Shown here in pieces: positions 44,782-54,477 of a stretch of 64,000 nucleotides of DNA. Origin of the DNA: an uncultured Desulfobacter sp. (GTDB taxonomy: Bacteria > Desulfobacterota > Desulfobacteria > Desulfobacterales > Desulfobacteraceae); NCBI RefSeq assembly GCF_963665355.2, contig NZ_OY762228.2, positions 1,546,120 through 1,610,119 on the forward strand, given 5' to 3'. The notes under the pieces were generated by a model, which was not told where the DNA came from, did not search any database, and saw nothing but the letters and a program-made list of their open reading frames with translations. Within the stretch, counting starts at the first letter, position 1. Each line of letters begins with the position of its first letter. Made by a program: the position numbers and the translations under genes.

Positions 44782-45459
44782 TTATTTCTCCGTCAAGTCG
44801 TTGGTGTTTTCTTTGAGTTTTGATTCAATCATAAAAGGTCTTTTCACCAAAACCCGCTGCATCTTGTCAATTTTTTTTTCAAGGAAGGACACACGTTTTT
44901 CAAGGTGTCTGGCCGCCCTGAAAAAACGAAGAAAACTGAAATGTTTTTCAAACGGAGTTTCAACTCCTGGCAAGGAGATGTCGTTGACATACCAGTGTGA
45001 CGCATTGGTTACGCACAGGACAATTTTTTTTATGTTTTTGTCCTCCACCGGCATTCTGAGGAAATAGGGCCCGGTTCTTTCAAACAGCATATGTGTTGTC
45101 ACTTTTTGATAATTGAACGTCCGGTCCCGATAGCAGATGAAAACGTAAAGATCTCCCCATGCATAGTCCATAGGAGCGTTCGTGGCCCATAGGGTTAAGT
45201 CTCCGTCTGCTCGTGATCCGGACGGAAGTTGTTGCACCACGGCATCGTTTTCTTTAAGCACAAGATTATAATCGGAAATAAAAACCCAGTTTTCGTCCGT
45301 TATGCCACCTTTCCGGGTATAAACGCCGTGCCATCGGTCGAAGCCGGGTTCTGCAGCTTCAAGACATGCCCATGTATCTCCCAGCTCTGTGGCAGAGCAC
45401 CATTCCCAGGGGGATAATTCAGTGGTTTCAAATAAACCGTTTTCGATTAAATCGGCCAT
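44782..45459 (-). CDS. Hypothetical protein
   Basis: 225-aa ORF with a GGAGGAAAAACC RBS region. Trp/Asp-rich beta-type N-terminal domain and a basic helical tail. No recognisable family. Confidence 0.5.
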   Translation of the reverse strand: MADLIENGLFETTELSPWEWCSATELGDTWACLEAAEPGFDRWHGVYTRKGGITDENWVFISDYNLVLKENDAVVQQLPSGSRADGDLTLWATNAPMDYAWGDLYVFICYRDRTFNYQKVTTHMLFERTGPYFLRMPVEDKNIKKIVLCVTNASHWYVNDISLPGVETPFEKHFSFLRFFRAARHLEKRVSFLEKKIDKMQRVLVKRPFMIESKLKENTNDLTEK

Positions 45460-45819
45460 GGTTTTTCCTCCTGATATTGATTGATAATGAAAACAAAAAA
45501 ATAATCGTTAATATTACGATTTTTTAAACACTATACTATCTTTTTTTGCTCAAATACCACTTATATAAAATATTTACAGGCAGTTCAGATGATTTTTACA
45601 GAAAATTTATTACAAAGATAGAAGCTTTTTGTACATGCCGTAATCCGCTGCAAAAGATAGAGGGAAGGGCGTCTGCCCGGATCATATAATGTCCCGGGCA
45701 GATTCGGATTATAAGAGATGGTGTTTTAGTGAAAGGCGTTTTTCGGTGACGGCCCGTCAGAAGGCAGGCACACAAGGTGCGCCTGCCTTTGGTAAATTTT
45801 TAACCTGCTACTCATATGA

Positions 45820-47289
45820 CTAATTTTGCGGTGCCTGCGTTGGTGTAACCAAGACATCGATGCGTCGGTTGATGGCCCGGCCCTCAGGTGTTGTATTCGG
45901 GGCCAGTGGGCGATCGGGTCCAAATCCCTTGGCCTGAATATAATTTTCCGGAAGCGTCTTGTTCGCCACAAGGTAGGCTTGAACCGCCTCGGCTCGTTTT
46001 TGTGACAACTCCTGGTTTGTCTGGGCAGAACCGGTGCTGTCAGTATGCCCCTCAATTAAGACGTTGGGTTGAGAAAAGACCTGGATGGTCTTTTGAACTT
46101 TGCCAAGCAACGTATAATTTTCCGGGGTAAGGATTGCCTGCCCAACGGGGAACTTGATACCCCGTAACCGAATGATCAAATGATCGCCCTGCTTGTATAC
46201 TTCCGCTTCATCGGGATTAAAAAAACCCTGAACAGTATTAAATTGTTCATTGAACTCTTTTTCAGCTGACAGTTTGCGTTTCACAGCCTCTTGTTCACGG
46301 GAATAGCCTTCTACACCCGCCAGATTTTGTTCTAACGAAGCGATTTGAGTCCGATAGCTGCTGTTTTCATTTTCAAGGGACTGCTTTGTCTGTTTGAGGG
46401 TCTGAACAGCGGCGGTCAACGTACTGAGCTGTGTCTCAAGCCCTTTGTCCCTAATATCACCGGTATTGAGAGTGTCGCCGAGTTGACCGAGTGAAGCTTC
46501 CATGTACAATGCAGATGCTTCGGGAGTCATGGACTGAAATTTTTTACTGCTTTCGCTGATTGCCATCAGTCGACGAGCCATGAATTCGGCATTCACATTT
46601 TTCTGGCTGATTTCTTCGGCTGCATAGGGGTTTCTTTCCGCATAGGCTTCCGCCTGTTTTAAGGCCTGTTCGGCAGCACTATAAGACATCGGTGCGATTT
46701 TATTGAGTTTTGCTTTTCTGGCATCATCCATCATCTTTCGGGTTTTGCCCAGGGCGTTATTTTTAATGGCCATGATCTCCAGCTTACGAAACCCGGATTG
46801 TACCTCTGCGGCATGGTTCTGGGCGTAACTCAAATTATCGTTTTCTATGGCCTGGGTGAGTTTTAGGTATTGGTTTTCCACATCCACATACGGCTTGCCC
46901 AACTTTTCGGCCCCTACCTTCAGCGCCTTGTCCCGATCTCCGTTAACTGCGCCAAGAATCGTTTGGGAGACTTTGGCGATCTCTTCAGCCTTTCTTAAGT
47001 TGGCGCTGCCATCAGCAACATAATCATTGATGGCAGATAGTTTGGCACCTTTTTCCAGAGCCTGTTTCGCTTTTGCAAAGGAAGCTTGCGCTTTTTGGAA
47101 TAATCCAGGTGAAAGGACATCGATATTTCTGGTCCGTGCATCAGATAGGCTTGCTTCTAATTGATGCACGGATTGATTCACGGATGCATCGGGATTGATT
47201 GCTGAAACACTGGATGTTTGTCCTGTGGTACATGAGCTGACAATACTTAAAACAAAAAACAGCAGACATAAACGAATTATTCCTTTCAT
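45820..47289 (-). CDS. OmpA-family lipoprotein with long coiled-coil N-terminal region
   Basis: GGGAGGG RBS and ATG at 47289. Lipobox LSIVSSC. C-terminal OmpA_C motif (GHTDSTGSAQTNQELSQKRAEAV…NRRIDV). The ORF track's upstream extension to 47481 is unlikely. Confidence 0.8.
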   Translation of the reverse strand: MKGIIRLCLLFFVLSIVSSCTTGQTSSVSAINPDASVNQSVHQLEASLSDARTRNIDVLSPGLFQKAQASFAKAKQALEKGAKLSAINDYVADGSANLRKAEEIAKVSQTILGAVNGDRDKALKVGAEKLGKPYVDVENQYLKLTQAIENDNLSYAQNHAAEVQSGFRKLEIMAIKNNALGKTRKMMDDARKAKLNKIAPMSYSAAEQALKQAEAYAERNPYAAEEISQKNVNAEFMARRLMAISESSKKFQSMTPEASALYMEASLGQLGDTLNTGDIRDKGLETQLSTLTAAVQTLKQTKQSLENENSSYRTQIASLEQNLAGVEGYSREQEAVKRKLSAEKEFNEQFNTVQGFFNPDEAEVYKQGDHLIIRLRGIKFPVGQAILTPENYTLLGKVQKTIQVFSQPNVLIEGHTDSTGSAQTNQELSQKRAEAVQAYLVANKTLPENYIQAKGFGPDRPLAPNTTPEGRAINRRIDVLVTPTQAPQN

Positions 47290-47525
47290 GTAACCCTCCC
47301 ATAATGTTTTTGAACATAATTTGAAAATATAGATAAATTGGCTAAAAAGCAAAGAATGGAACTTGCTTTTTCCGCAAAAGAGTATAGTTAGCGGTCCCCT
47401 GTAAGTCAAGAATAAACCCGTATTGGACAAGATGCAGGCCATACGCGCCTGAAAGAAGTAGGCGCACATAATATAACGCACTGGGATGGCTATGCTTTTT
47501 TCATTATAACTCGATTTGGTTTGTC

Positions 47526-48215
47526 TTACACATACGGGGTTGGGTCCGGGATGCCGGCTTCGGTAAATCCTTTTATACGGTGCAGGCAGGAGTCACACCT
47601 GCCGCAGGAGCGTCCCTGACTATCCGGATCATAGCAGGATATGGTCAGGCTGTAATCCGCGCCCAAACGATGCCCTGTGACGATTATCTCGGATTTTGAC
47701 ATGTGGATCAAAGGGGTTTCAATGGTTAAAACAGTTTCCTTTGTTACCCCGGTTTTTGTGGCCAGATTGGCCATGGTCTGGAAGGCGTCAATAAATTGGG
47801 GCCTGCAGTCCGGGTATCCTGAATAATCCACGGCTGTAACACCGATGAAGATGGCTTCGGCCTTAAGCACCTCGGCCCAGGCCATGGCATAGGATAGGAA
47901 GATGGTGTTCCTGGCCGGGACATAGGTGACAGGAATTCGGGTTTGATCAATCTGCTCCACGGTTTCGTGTTTGGGCACGGCAATGTCGTCGGTAAGCGCA
48001 GAGCCTCCGAACTGGCGCAGGTCAATGTCCACGATCTTATGGTCAATGGTGCCCAGGTGGCGCGCCACCTTTTTCGCACATTCCAACTCAATGCTGTGAC
48101 GCTGTCCGTACCTGAAACTTAAACTGTAAATATTGTACCCCCTGTCCCTGGCAATGGCCATGGCGGTGGTGGAGTCAATACCTCCGGATGAAAGAACAAC
48201 GGCTTTTTGGGTCAT
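47526..48215 (-). CDS. queC: 7-cyano-7-deazaguanine synthase
   Basis: [15 protein letters not shown]-loop and a C-terminal Zn-binding Cys cluster (CGRCDSC). Confidence 0.9.
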   Translation of the reverse strand: MTQKAVVLSSGGIDSTTAMAIARDRGYNIYSLSFRYGQRHSIELECAKKVARHLGTIDHKIVDIDLRQFGGSALTDDIAVPKHETVEQIDQTRIPVTYVPARNTIFLSYAMAWAEVLKAEAIFIGVTAVDYSGYPDCRPQFIDAFQTMANLATKTGVTKETVLTIETPLIHMSKSEIIVTGHRLGADYSLTISCYDPDSQGRSCGRCDSCLHRIKGFTEAGIPDPTPYV

Positions 48216-48218
48216 GGG

Positions 48219-48863
48219 TTATACTCCTTTTAAATCCGGATCCCAGATGATTTTGTGTTGTTGCAGGGACAGCCTTGCTCCCAGTCTGTCTTCAAGTATC
48301 CATGCCGCAAGATCCGGCAGTTCAATCTTTCCAAAAACCGGGCTGATGTGAATGTGCTCCCGGGGATGGTTCATAAGGTGCGTATTAATGACGGATGTGG
48401 CGTATTCGTAGTCTTGCCTTGATCCCACCACGAATTTGATTTCATCTTTGGCTGTCATGTGGCTGAAATTGTCCAGAAGAAATGATCCGGCTTCACCGGA
48501 TAGAGGACACTTGACATCCATGATACGGATACAGGCTGGATTTACCGGCGCAATACTCTGGCTCCCATTGGTTTCCAGAAGCACCTCAAATCCTTTTTCT
48601 AAAAGCACAGATATCAGTTCCGGGGTCTGGGGCTGAACCAAGGGCTCTCCACCGGTAATTTCAACCATGGGGCATTTATAGGCGGCCACCTGATCCACGA
48701 TCTCATCTATGGACATGGGGACGGATTGTGTCTTTGCATAGGTGGTGTCGCACCAGGAACACGACAGGTTGCATCCGGACAGCCGGACAAACACGCAGGC
48801 AAGACCGGCCCGGGTGGATTCACCCTGCAGGCTGCAAAAAATCTCACAGATATCCAGAGACAC
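48219..48863 (-). CDS. queE: 7-carboxy-7-deazaguanine synthase (radical SAM)
   Basis: EIFCSLQGES…FVRLSGCNLSCSWCDT motif, located between queD and queC. Confidence 0.9.
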   Translation of the reverse strand: MSLDICEIFCSLQGESTRAGLACVFVRLSGCNLSCSWCDTTYAKTQSVPMSIDEIVDQVAAYKCPMVEITGGEPLVQPQTPELISVLLEKGFEVLLETNGSQSIAPVNPACIRIMDVKCPLSGEAGSFLLDNFSHMTAKDEIKFVVGSRQDYEYATSVINTHLMNHPREHIHISPVFGKIELPDLAAWILEDRLGARLSLQQHKIIWDPDLKGV

Positions 48864-49244
48864 TTATATCACCTGGTAGGATGATCCGCAGCCCGGGCTT
48901 TCAAATACCATGATTTTATGGATTTTGATAAATTCGGTGTTCAGGCGCCTGGAAAGCTCTGAGTAGAGAAACTTGGCTATATTCTCAGCCGTGGGATTGA
49001 TTGATCCAAATTCGGCAACCTCATTGAGATTGGTGTGGTCCAGTCTGTTCAATACATCCTTGACCACGCTTTTAACATCCCTGAAATCTATGCCCATGCC
49101 CAACTGGTTGAGTTTTGTGCACCGGATGTGTGCTTCAACAACCCAGTTGTGGCCGTGCAGATTTGAGCAGTTGCCGTCATAGCCTCTCAGGGAATGGGCT
49201 GCTGCAAAATGGCTCTGGACACAAATGTCATATACGCCTGGCAT
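48864..49244 (-). CDS. queD: 6-carboxy-5,6,7,8-tetrahydropterin synthase
   Basis: FAAAHSL…HGHNW… motifs, 126 aa. Confidence 0.9.
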   Translation of the reverse strand: MPGVYDICVQSHFAAAHSLRGYDGNCSNLHGHNWVVEAHIRCTKLNQLGMGIDFRDVKSVVKDVLNRLDHTNLNEVAEFGSINPTAENIAKFLYSELSRRLNTEFIKIHKIMVFESPGCGSSYQVI

Positions 49245-49422
49245 AAATAGGTACTCCCTTAATAATAGATAACCCGGTGATTAAAAAAATCTATCATAAT
49301 TTTGGCTTTGAATCAAAAATGTCAAGGTGATTAAATTTCTACTTTTCAAATTCATCCTTAAATTTCATAATCTTTGGATGGACACCTTAATATAATAAAA
49401 AATGCAGGGGAGAAAGACAACC

Positions 49423-50361
49423 ATGGCCGATGTCATCCAGGCGTATCTTGAACAACAAAAATATTTGATCATTGACGGGGCACTTGGCACCGAGCTTGAG
49501 CGCCGGGGGTGCAGCCTTGATGATCCGCTTTGGTCTGCCCGGCTTCTGACAGATAATCCTGAAATGATTGCGGGCGTTCATTCCGATTATCTTCATGCCG
49601 GTGCGGACTGTCTTATCACCGCAAGTTACCAGGCCACTTTCCAGGGTCTGGCACGCCATGGATACACAAAAGAGCAGTCCCAAAGGCTTATCCGCTTTTC
49701 TGTGACACTGGCAAAAAACATGATCGATGCTTTCTGGGCTGATCCCGCCAACCGGGTCAACCGGCTGAAACCCCTGGTGGCCGCGTCTGTGGGACCTTAT
49801 GGGGCTTTTCTGGCAAACGGGTCGGAATACACCGGCGATTACGGCATAACTGAAGATGAACTGGTTGAGTTTCATAGGGAACGATTGAAAACACTGGTTT
49901 TGGCCGAACCTGATCTTTTGGCCTGTGAAACCCTGCCTTGTTTTGCCGAGGCCAGAGCCCTTGTCCGGCTGATGGAGGACCTGGATACGATCCCGGCCTG
50001 GATCAGCTTCAGTGCACGGGACGGCCGGCACATCAACAGCAAAGAGAGCATCCGGGAGTGCGCCCAATGGCTGGATCGCAAACCCTGTGTGGCCGCCTTG
50101 GGCATCAACTGTACAGATCCGGTCCATGTGGCATCCCTTGTGAAAGAGATCAGGTCCGTAACCGACAAACCCATAGTGGTGTATCCCAATAAAGGCGGGG
50201 TATATGACGGATTGACCAAGGAGTGGACCCCCAAACTGGGCCAGCCCTCCTTTGTTCAAATGGCTGCCCAATGGGCAAAACAGGGAGCCAGGCTCATCGG
50301 TGGATGCTGCCAGACGACACCGGACGATATCCGGGGGCTTGCTCTTGCCCTAAAATTATAA
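49423..50361 (+). CDS. mmuM: Homocysteine S-methyltransferase
   Basis: IIDGALGTELERRG…LWSA…, ASYQAT, and a C-terminal GGCCQTTP zinc site. Confidence 0.85.
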   Translation: MADVIQAYLEQQKYLIIDGALGTELERRGCSLDDPLWSARLLTDNPEMIAGVHSDYLHAGADCLITASYQATFQGLARHGYTKEQSQRLIRFSVTLAKNMIDAFWADPANRVNRLKPLVAASVGPYGAFLANGSEYTGDYGITEDELVEFHRERLKTLVLAEPDLLACETLPCFAEARALVRLMEDLDTIPAWISFSARDGRHINSKESIRECAQWLDRKPCVAALGINCTDPVHVASLVKEIRSVTDKPIVVYPNKGGVYDGLTKEWTPKLGQPSFVQMAAQWAKQGARLIGGCCQTTPDDIRGLALALKL

Positions 50362-50409
50362 TCATATTTTTTATCAGACTGATCATCCGGCGTTCACGGT
50401 CAGAATATA

Positions 50410-50442
50410 AAAGAGCCGCCTTGATACACCCGGCGGCTCTTT
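50410..50442. terminator. Stem-loop between convergent mmuM and yebC
   Basis: Perfect 11-bp stem AAAGAGCCGCC/GGCGGCTCTTT with an 11-nt loop. Confidence 0.6.
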
Positions 50443-50465
50443 ATCTCTGAAACTTTGAAGTACAA

Positions 50466-51209
50466 TTACATGGCGTCGAAAGCCTCGTCCGGAATGTCGG
50501 CGTTGGTGTAAAAATTCTGGACATCATCGTTGTCATCCAGGGCTTCCATGAATTTGATCATCTGCTCGGCTTCTTTGCCTGATACGGCGGTGGTGTTCTG
50601 GGGGACCATGGAGATTTCAGCCACCTCGCAGGCGATTTGTGCGCCGTCAATGGCCTCCTTGACCGCATCAAAATCTTCGGGGGCGGTGAGTACATCAAAG
50701 CTGTCGCCTTCGTCTTTGATGTCTTCGGCTCCGGCTTCAAGGGCCACTTCCATGAGGGTGTCTTCGTCTGCATGTTCCTTGGAAATGGTAATCACGCCCT
50801 TTTTGTCAAACATCCAGGCCACGCAACCGTCGGTTCCCACATTGCCGCCGGCCTTGTTAAAAATATATCTGACATCGGCGATGGTCCTGTTCTTGTTGTC
50901 CGTGAGGCACTCCACCATCACGGCCACGCCGCCGGGCCCGTATCCTTCATAGATAATCTCCTCGTAATTGACCCCGTCCATGTCGCCGGTACCCTTTTTA
51001 ATGGCCCGGTCCACATTGTCCTTGGGCATGTTCTGGGCTTTGGCCGAGTCAATGGCGCGACGCAGCCGGGGATTGGCCCCGGGGTCTCCCCCGCCCATGC
51101 GGGCGGCTACTGTAATTTCCTTAATCAGCTTGGTAAATACCTTTGCCCGCTTTTTGTCGGCCGCCCCTTTTTTATGTTTGATGGTCGACCACTTGCTATG
51201 TCCTGACAT
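50466..51209 (-). CDS. yebC: YebC/PmpR-family transcriptional regulator
   Basis: [23 protein letters not shown]… is the canonical N-terminus, 247 aa. Confidence 0.95.
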   Translation of the reverse strand: MSGHSKWSTIKHKKGAADKKRAKVFTKLIKEITVAARMGGGDPGANPRLRRAIDSAKAQNMPKDNVDRAIKKGTGDMDGVNYEEIIYEGYGPGGVAVMVECLTDNKNRTIADVRYIFNKAGGNVGTDGCVAWMFDKKGVITISKEHADEDTLMEVALEAGAEDIKDEGDSFDVLTAPEDFDAVKEAIDGAQIACEVAEISMVPQNTTAVSGKEAEQMIKFMEALDDNDDVQNFYTNADIPDEAFDAM

Positions 51210-51321
51210 GGATGTTGCCTCCTTGGTTTTTATATCTGAATATCAATAAGTTGTTAAATTTATTTTATGTTTTGCTGCGGACCGAACCTGGATGTTAACA
51301 AGTAAAACCAGTCCGTGACTG

Positions 51322-51939
51322 CTATTTTTTATCTTTTCCTATGATGTAAATTTCCTTGCTTTGTTTTCTGCAGCTTTCGGGCTTAAACACCCGGCACTGC
51401 CTGAACGCTGCCTTTACTTCCTGTTCAAACGCTTTAAAGTCGTTCCCCTGGAAAATTTTGCACACAAAATTACCCTGAAAAGCCAAATTTTTCAAGGCCG
51501 TGTCCAGGGCCATGCGGCACAGTTCAACTGAGCGGATGACATCCACATCCTTTCTGCCCGTGGTGGCCGGGGCCATGTCGCTTATCACGGCATTAAACGA
51601 ACCGGCATGGGGCTCAGTAAACGACGGATGTTCAGGGTTAAGAATATCATCCTGAATGGTCAGGGCATTGGGCGGAAGTTTTGTTTCAACTTCTTTTAAA
51701 TCAATGCCGAGCACACGACCCTGGTCTCCCACAAGCTTTGCCGCATAAAGGGTCCAGGATCCAGGTGAACACCCGAGATCAAGTACAATATCCCCTTTTT
51801 TGATAACCTGAAATTTGTTCTGAATATCTTCAAGTTTAAATACGGACCGGGCCGGATATCCCATGGATTTGGCCTTCTGGGTGAGATGGTCAGCCCACTG
51901 GCCTGCTTTGCCGCCTTTGCCGGCGGGCTTTGTACCCAT
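51322..51939 (-). CDS. rlmE: 23S rRNA (uridine2552-2'-O)-methyltransferase
   Basis: RSVFKLEDI…DLGCSPGSW…DMAP… FtsJ motifs. Start taken at ATG 51939 to avoid overlapping the end of radA. Confidence 0.85.
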   Translation of the reverse strand: MGTKPAGKGGKAGQWADHLTQKAKSMGYPARSVFKLEDIQNKFQVIKKGDIVLDLGCSPGSWTLYAAKLVGDQGRVLGIDLKEVETKLPPNALTIQDDILNPEHPSFTEPHAGSFNAVISDMAPATTGRKDVDVIRSVELCRMALDTALKNLAFQGNFVCKIFQGNDFKAFEQEVKAAFRQCRVFKPESCRKQSKEIYIIGKDKK

Positions 51940-51952
51940 TGCCGGCTTTTTT

Positions 51953-53329
51953 TTACCCTTCAAATAGTACCTCCACGGCATCCTTTAAAAAACTGACGCT
52001 TTCAATGGCCATGCCTTTGATTTTTGACAATTGCTTCATGGTGGCCGCAGGCACAAGGCACCGGGTAAATCCCATTTTGGCCGCCTCTTTGATCCGGGCC
52101 TGGGCATGGCTTACAGCCCGAATTTCCCCGGTGAGTCCGATCTCGCCGATCAGGGTGGTCTCCTTGTGTACGGGGCGGTCCAGAAAACTTGAGGCAAGGG
52201 CCGCTGCAATGGCAAGATCCGCTGATGGTTCGGTGATACGGACTCCGCCCGTGACATTCATAAAAATGTCGAGTCCTGCCAGGTTCATACCCAGCCGTTT
52301 TTCCATCACCGCCACAATCAGAGCCACCCGGTTGCTGTCCAGTCCCAGAACCGTTCGCCGGGGGGTGCCAAGCCCGGAGGTAGAGACAAGCCCCTGGATT
52401 TCCACCAGGATGGGGCGGGAGCCCTCCATGCTGGCCGTCACCACGGACCCCGGGGCCACCACAGCCCGTTCGGATAAAAACACAGCCGACGGGTTGGGCA
52501 CCTGGCTCAGTCCCTGGTCCCGCATTTCAAACACCCCGATCTCGTTGGTGGAGCCGAAACGATTTTTAACAGCCCGGAGAATACGGAAAATATGGTTTTT
52601 ATCCCCTTCAAAGTAGAGCACTGTGTCCACCATATGTTCCATGATCCTGGGGCCTGCAATGGCACCGCCCTTGGTGACATGCCCCACAAGAAAAATAGGA
52701 AGGCCAATGGTTTTGGACAGGCGCATGAACTGCATGGAGGCTTCCCGGATCTGGGTGACGCTGCCCGGTGTTGAGGTTACCTGGGGATGAAATACGGTTT
52801 GAATGGAATCCACAACCATGGTGTCATACTGATCGTTTTCCGCCATGGCAAGAATGGCTTCAAGATCTGTTTCAGACACCACAAATAAAGAACTTCCCAA
52901 AGATCCCAGGCGTTTGCCCCGCATGGAAATCTGGCCTATGGACTCCTCTCCGGATACATAAAGACATTTTTTTCCGGCCTTTGCCAGGGTGGACAGCACC
53001 TGGAGCATGAGCGTGGATTTACCGATCCCGGGGTCTCCGCCAATGAGCACCAGGGAGCCGCTGACAATACCGCCGCCCAGAACCCGGTCAAATTCATTGA
53101 TGCCGGTGCGCATACGAAGGGAAGAAGAGACCTCAACGGATTCGATGGGCACGGGTTTTCCTGCAATGGCAGGCCTGACCGCACCCGCCACACCCGGAGT
53201 CCGGGCAACCAGGGTCTCCTCAACAAGGCTGTCCCAGTCACCACAATCCGGGCACTGGCCCATCCATTTAGGCGTCTGGGTCCCGCAGGTTTTACAACGG
53301 AAAATGGTTTTATCTCTCTTTTTAGCCAC
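51953..53329 (-). CDS. radA: DNA repair protein RadA
   Basis: N-terminal zinc finger (CKTCG…CPDCG), Walker A GGDPGIGKST, the KNRFG motif, and a Lon-like C-terminal domain. Confidence 0.95.
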   Translation of the reverse strand: MAKKRDKTIFRCKTCGTQTPKWMGQCPDCGDWDSLVEETLVARTPGVAGAVRPAIAGKPVPIESVEVSSSLRMRTGINEFDRVLGGGIVSGSLVLIGGDPGIGKSTLMLQVLSTLAKAGKKCLYVSGEESIGQISMRGKRLGSLGSSLFVVSETDLEAILAMAENDQYDTMVVDSIQTVFHPQVTSTPGSVTQIREASMQFMRLSKTIGLPIFLVGHVTKGGAIAGPRIMEHMVDTVLYFEGDKNHIFRILRAVKNRFGSTNEIGVFEMRDQGLSQVPNPSAVFLSERAVVAPGSVVTASMEGSRPILVEIQGLVSTSGLGTPRRTVLGLDSNRVALIVAVMEKRLGMNLAGLDIFMNVTGGVRITEPSADLAIAAALASSFLDRPVHKETTLIGEIGLTGEIRAVSHAQARIKEAAKMGFTRCLVPAATMKQLSKIKGMAIESVSFLKDAVEVLFEG

Positions 53330-53390
53330 GTCCTGATTTTATCCAACTGGTTGAAAAATCGGGTGAATATATCATGATATTCTATCATGA

Positions 53391-54029
53391 TCAACGTTTT
53401 CTAAATGCCAGGCGCTCGCTGATTTTTGCGGCCTTTTCGAATTCCACAAAGGCCAGGATCTGGGCGGCGGAAGCCTCTCGCATTCTTAAAAATATTTCAT
53501 AGGCAACAGAAAGTTCCATTTTATTGACTATTTCCGCAGCCGCTTTGGGTTTCATGCCGGTATACATTTTCACCAGGCGGTTCATTTTTGCCTCAAATGC
53601 GGCGGCTTCCTCCTTCTCTTTGGCGGTTTTTTGGGTTTCAAGCCGGGCCAGATCCTCTTCAATCTGTTTTTTCAGGGCTGTCAGAGACGCCAGTTTTTCA
53701 TCAATCTGAGCTTCATAGGTTTCCAGTTCCTTTTTTTCTTTGGCCAGTTTTTCACTGGCTTCGGCCACGGATTTTTTCTTATCTTCAAGGCCCTGGAGAA
53801 CCACTTTGGCAGGATCGGGGCATTCGGGACATGCAGGGCATTCGGGGCAGGGGGCCGATTCACCGTCTTTTTTTTCACCGTCAGCCGGAGCCTTTTCCGG
53901 TTTCTGTTCATCTGCCGCCAGGACCAGTGCCGGCTGCCCCGAATGTATGTATGACACACCCATGAAGGCTGCCGTTATCAGAATCACACTGAACAAAAAT
54001 CCGGCGATCCAGCGTTTAAATGCGTTCAT
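53391..54029 (-). CDS. Flagellar operon protein of YlxF/MotE type (MgtE_N-like C-terminal domain) with CPxCP repeat
   Basis: N-terminal TM helix, coiled coil, and a C-terminal …MKPKAAAEIVNKMELSVAYEIFLRMREASAAQIL… segment. Its position after fliJ matches B. subtilis ylxF. Confidence 0.55.
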   Translation of the reverse strand: MNAFKRWIAGFLFSVILITAAFMGVSYIHSGQPALVLAADEQKPEKAPADGEKKDGESAPCPECPACPECPDPAKVVLQGLEDKKKSVAEASEKLAKEKKELETYEAQIDEKLASLTALKKQIEEDLARLETQKTAKEKEEAAAFEAKMNRLVKMYTGMKPKAAAEIVNKMELSVAYEIFLRMREASAAQILAFVEFEKAAKISERLAFRKR

Positions 54030-54474
54030 TGTTCACCTCCCTGGCTGTTCTCAAGGATGAGGTTTCATCCAGGATCTTCTGTTCTTCCCGGAGCATTTCA
54101 TGGGTATGTTCCAGGGCCTGTTTTTCCCGCAGCCGTTCCAGTGATTTTTTGTCAATGGTTCTTTTTTGTAAGTCTTGTCGTTTCTGTTCCAGAATTTTTT
54201 CAAGTTCGGCTTTTCTGCTGCGTTCAAGTGTGATCATCTGGTCAACTGCCGTAATAAATTGCCTGTGCCGGTTGAACTGGCCTGCTCCAATCCCTTTTTC
54301 CACGAGGACTTCAAGTTGCTCAACCGCAGATATTTTGTCCCCCTGCAACCCTGCTATGCGTTGTTCACAGGCCAAAACATCTGCCACAGCCTGGGCCATG
54401 GCCTGCTTGGCAATCTGTTCAAGATGGCACTTGTAATTTAAAAGACTTTGAAGTCTGAACTGAAATTTTTTCAT
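54016..54474 (-). CDS. fliJ: Flagellar export chaperone FliJ
   Basis: 152-aa coiled-coil protein (MKKFQFRLQSLLNYK…) immediately downstream of fliI. Confidence 0.75.
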   Translation of the reverse strand: MKKFQFRLQSLLNYKCHLEQIAKQAMAQAVADVLACEQRIAGLQGDKISAVEQLEVLVEKGIGAGQFNRHRQFITAVDQMITLERSRKAELEKILEQKRQDLQKRTIDKKSLERLREKQALEHTHEMLREEQKILDETSSLRTAREVNNERI

Positions 54475-54477
54475 GGA

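Noticed and set aside
49245-49401. preQ1 riboswitch upstream of queD
   Set aside because: I see no compact hairpin followed by an A-rich tail ending in the CUA/RBS context of the preQ1-I or preQ1-II consensus on the minus strand. I also see no convincing -35/-10 pair with proper spacing.
49387-50271. 294-aa ORF on the minus strand
   Set aside because: It is fully antisense to a complete homocysteine S-methyltransferase gene with clear family motifs. Its translation is low-complexity (G/P/H/R/Q-rich) with no RBS or domain signal, so it is a shadow ORF.
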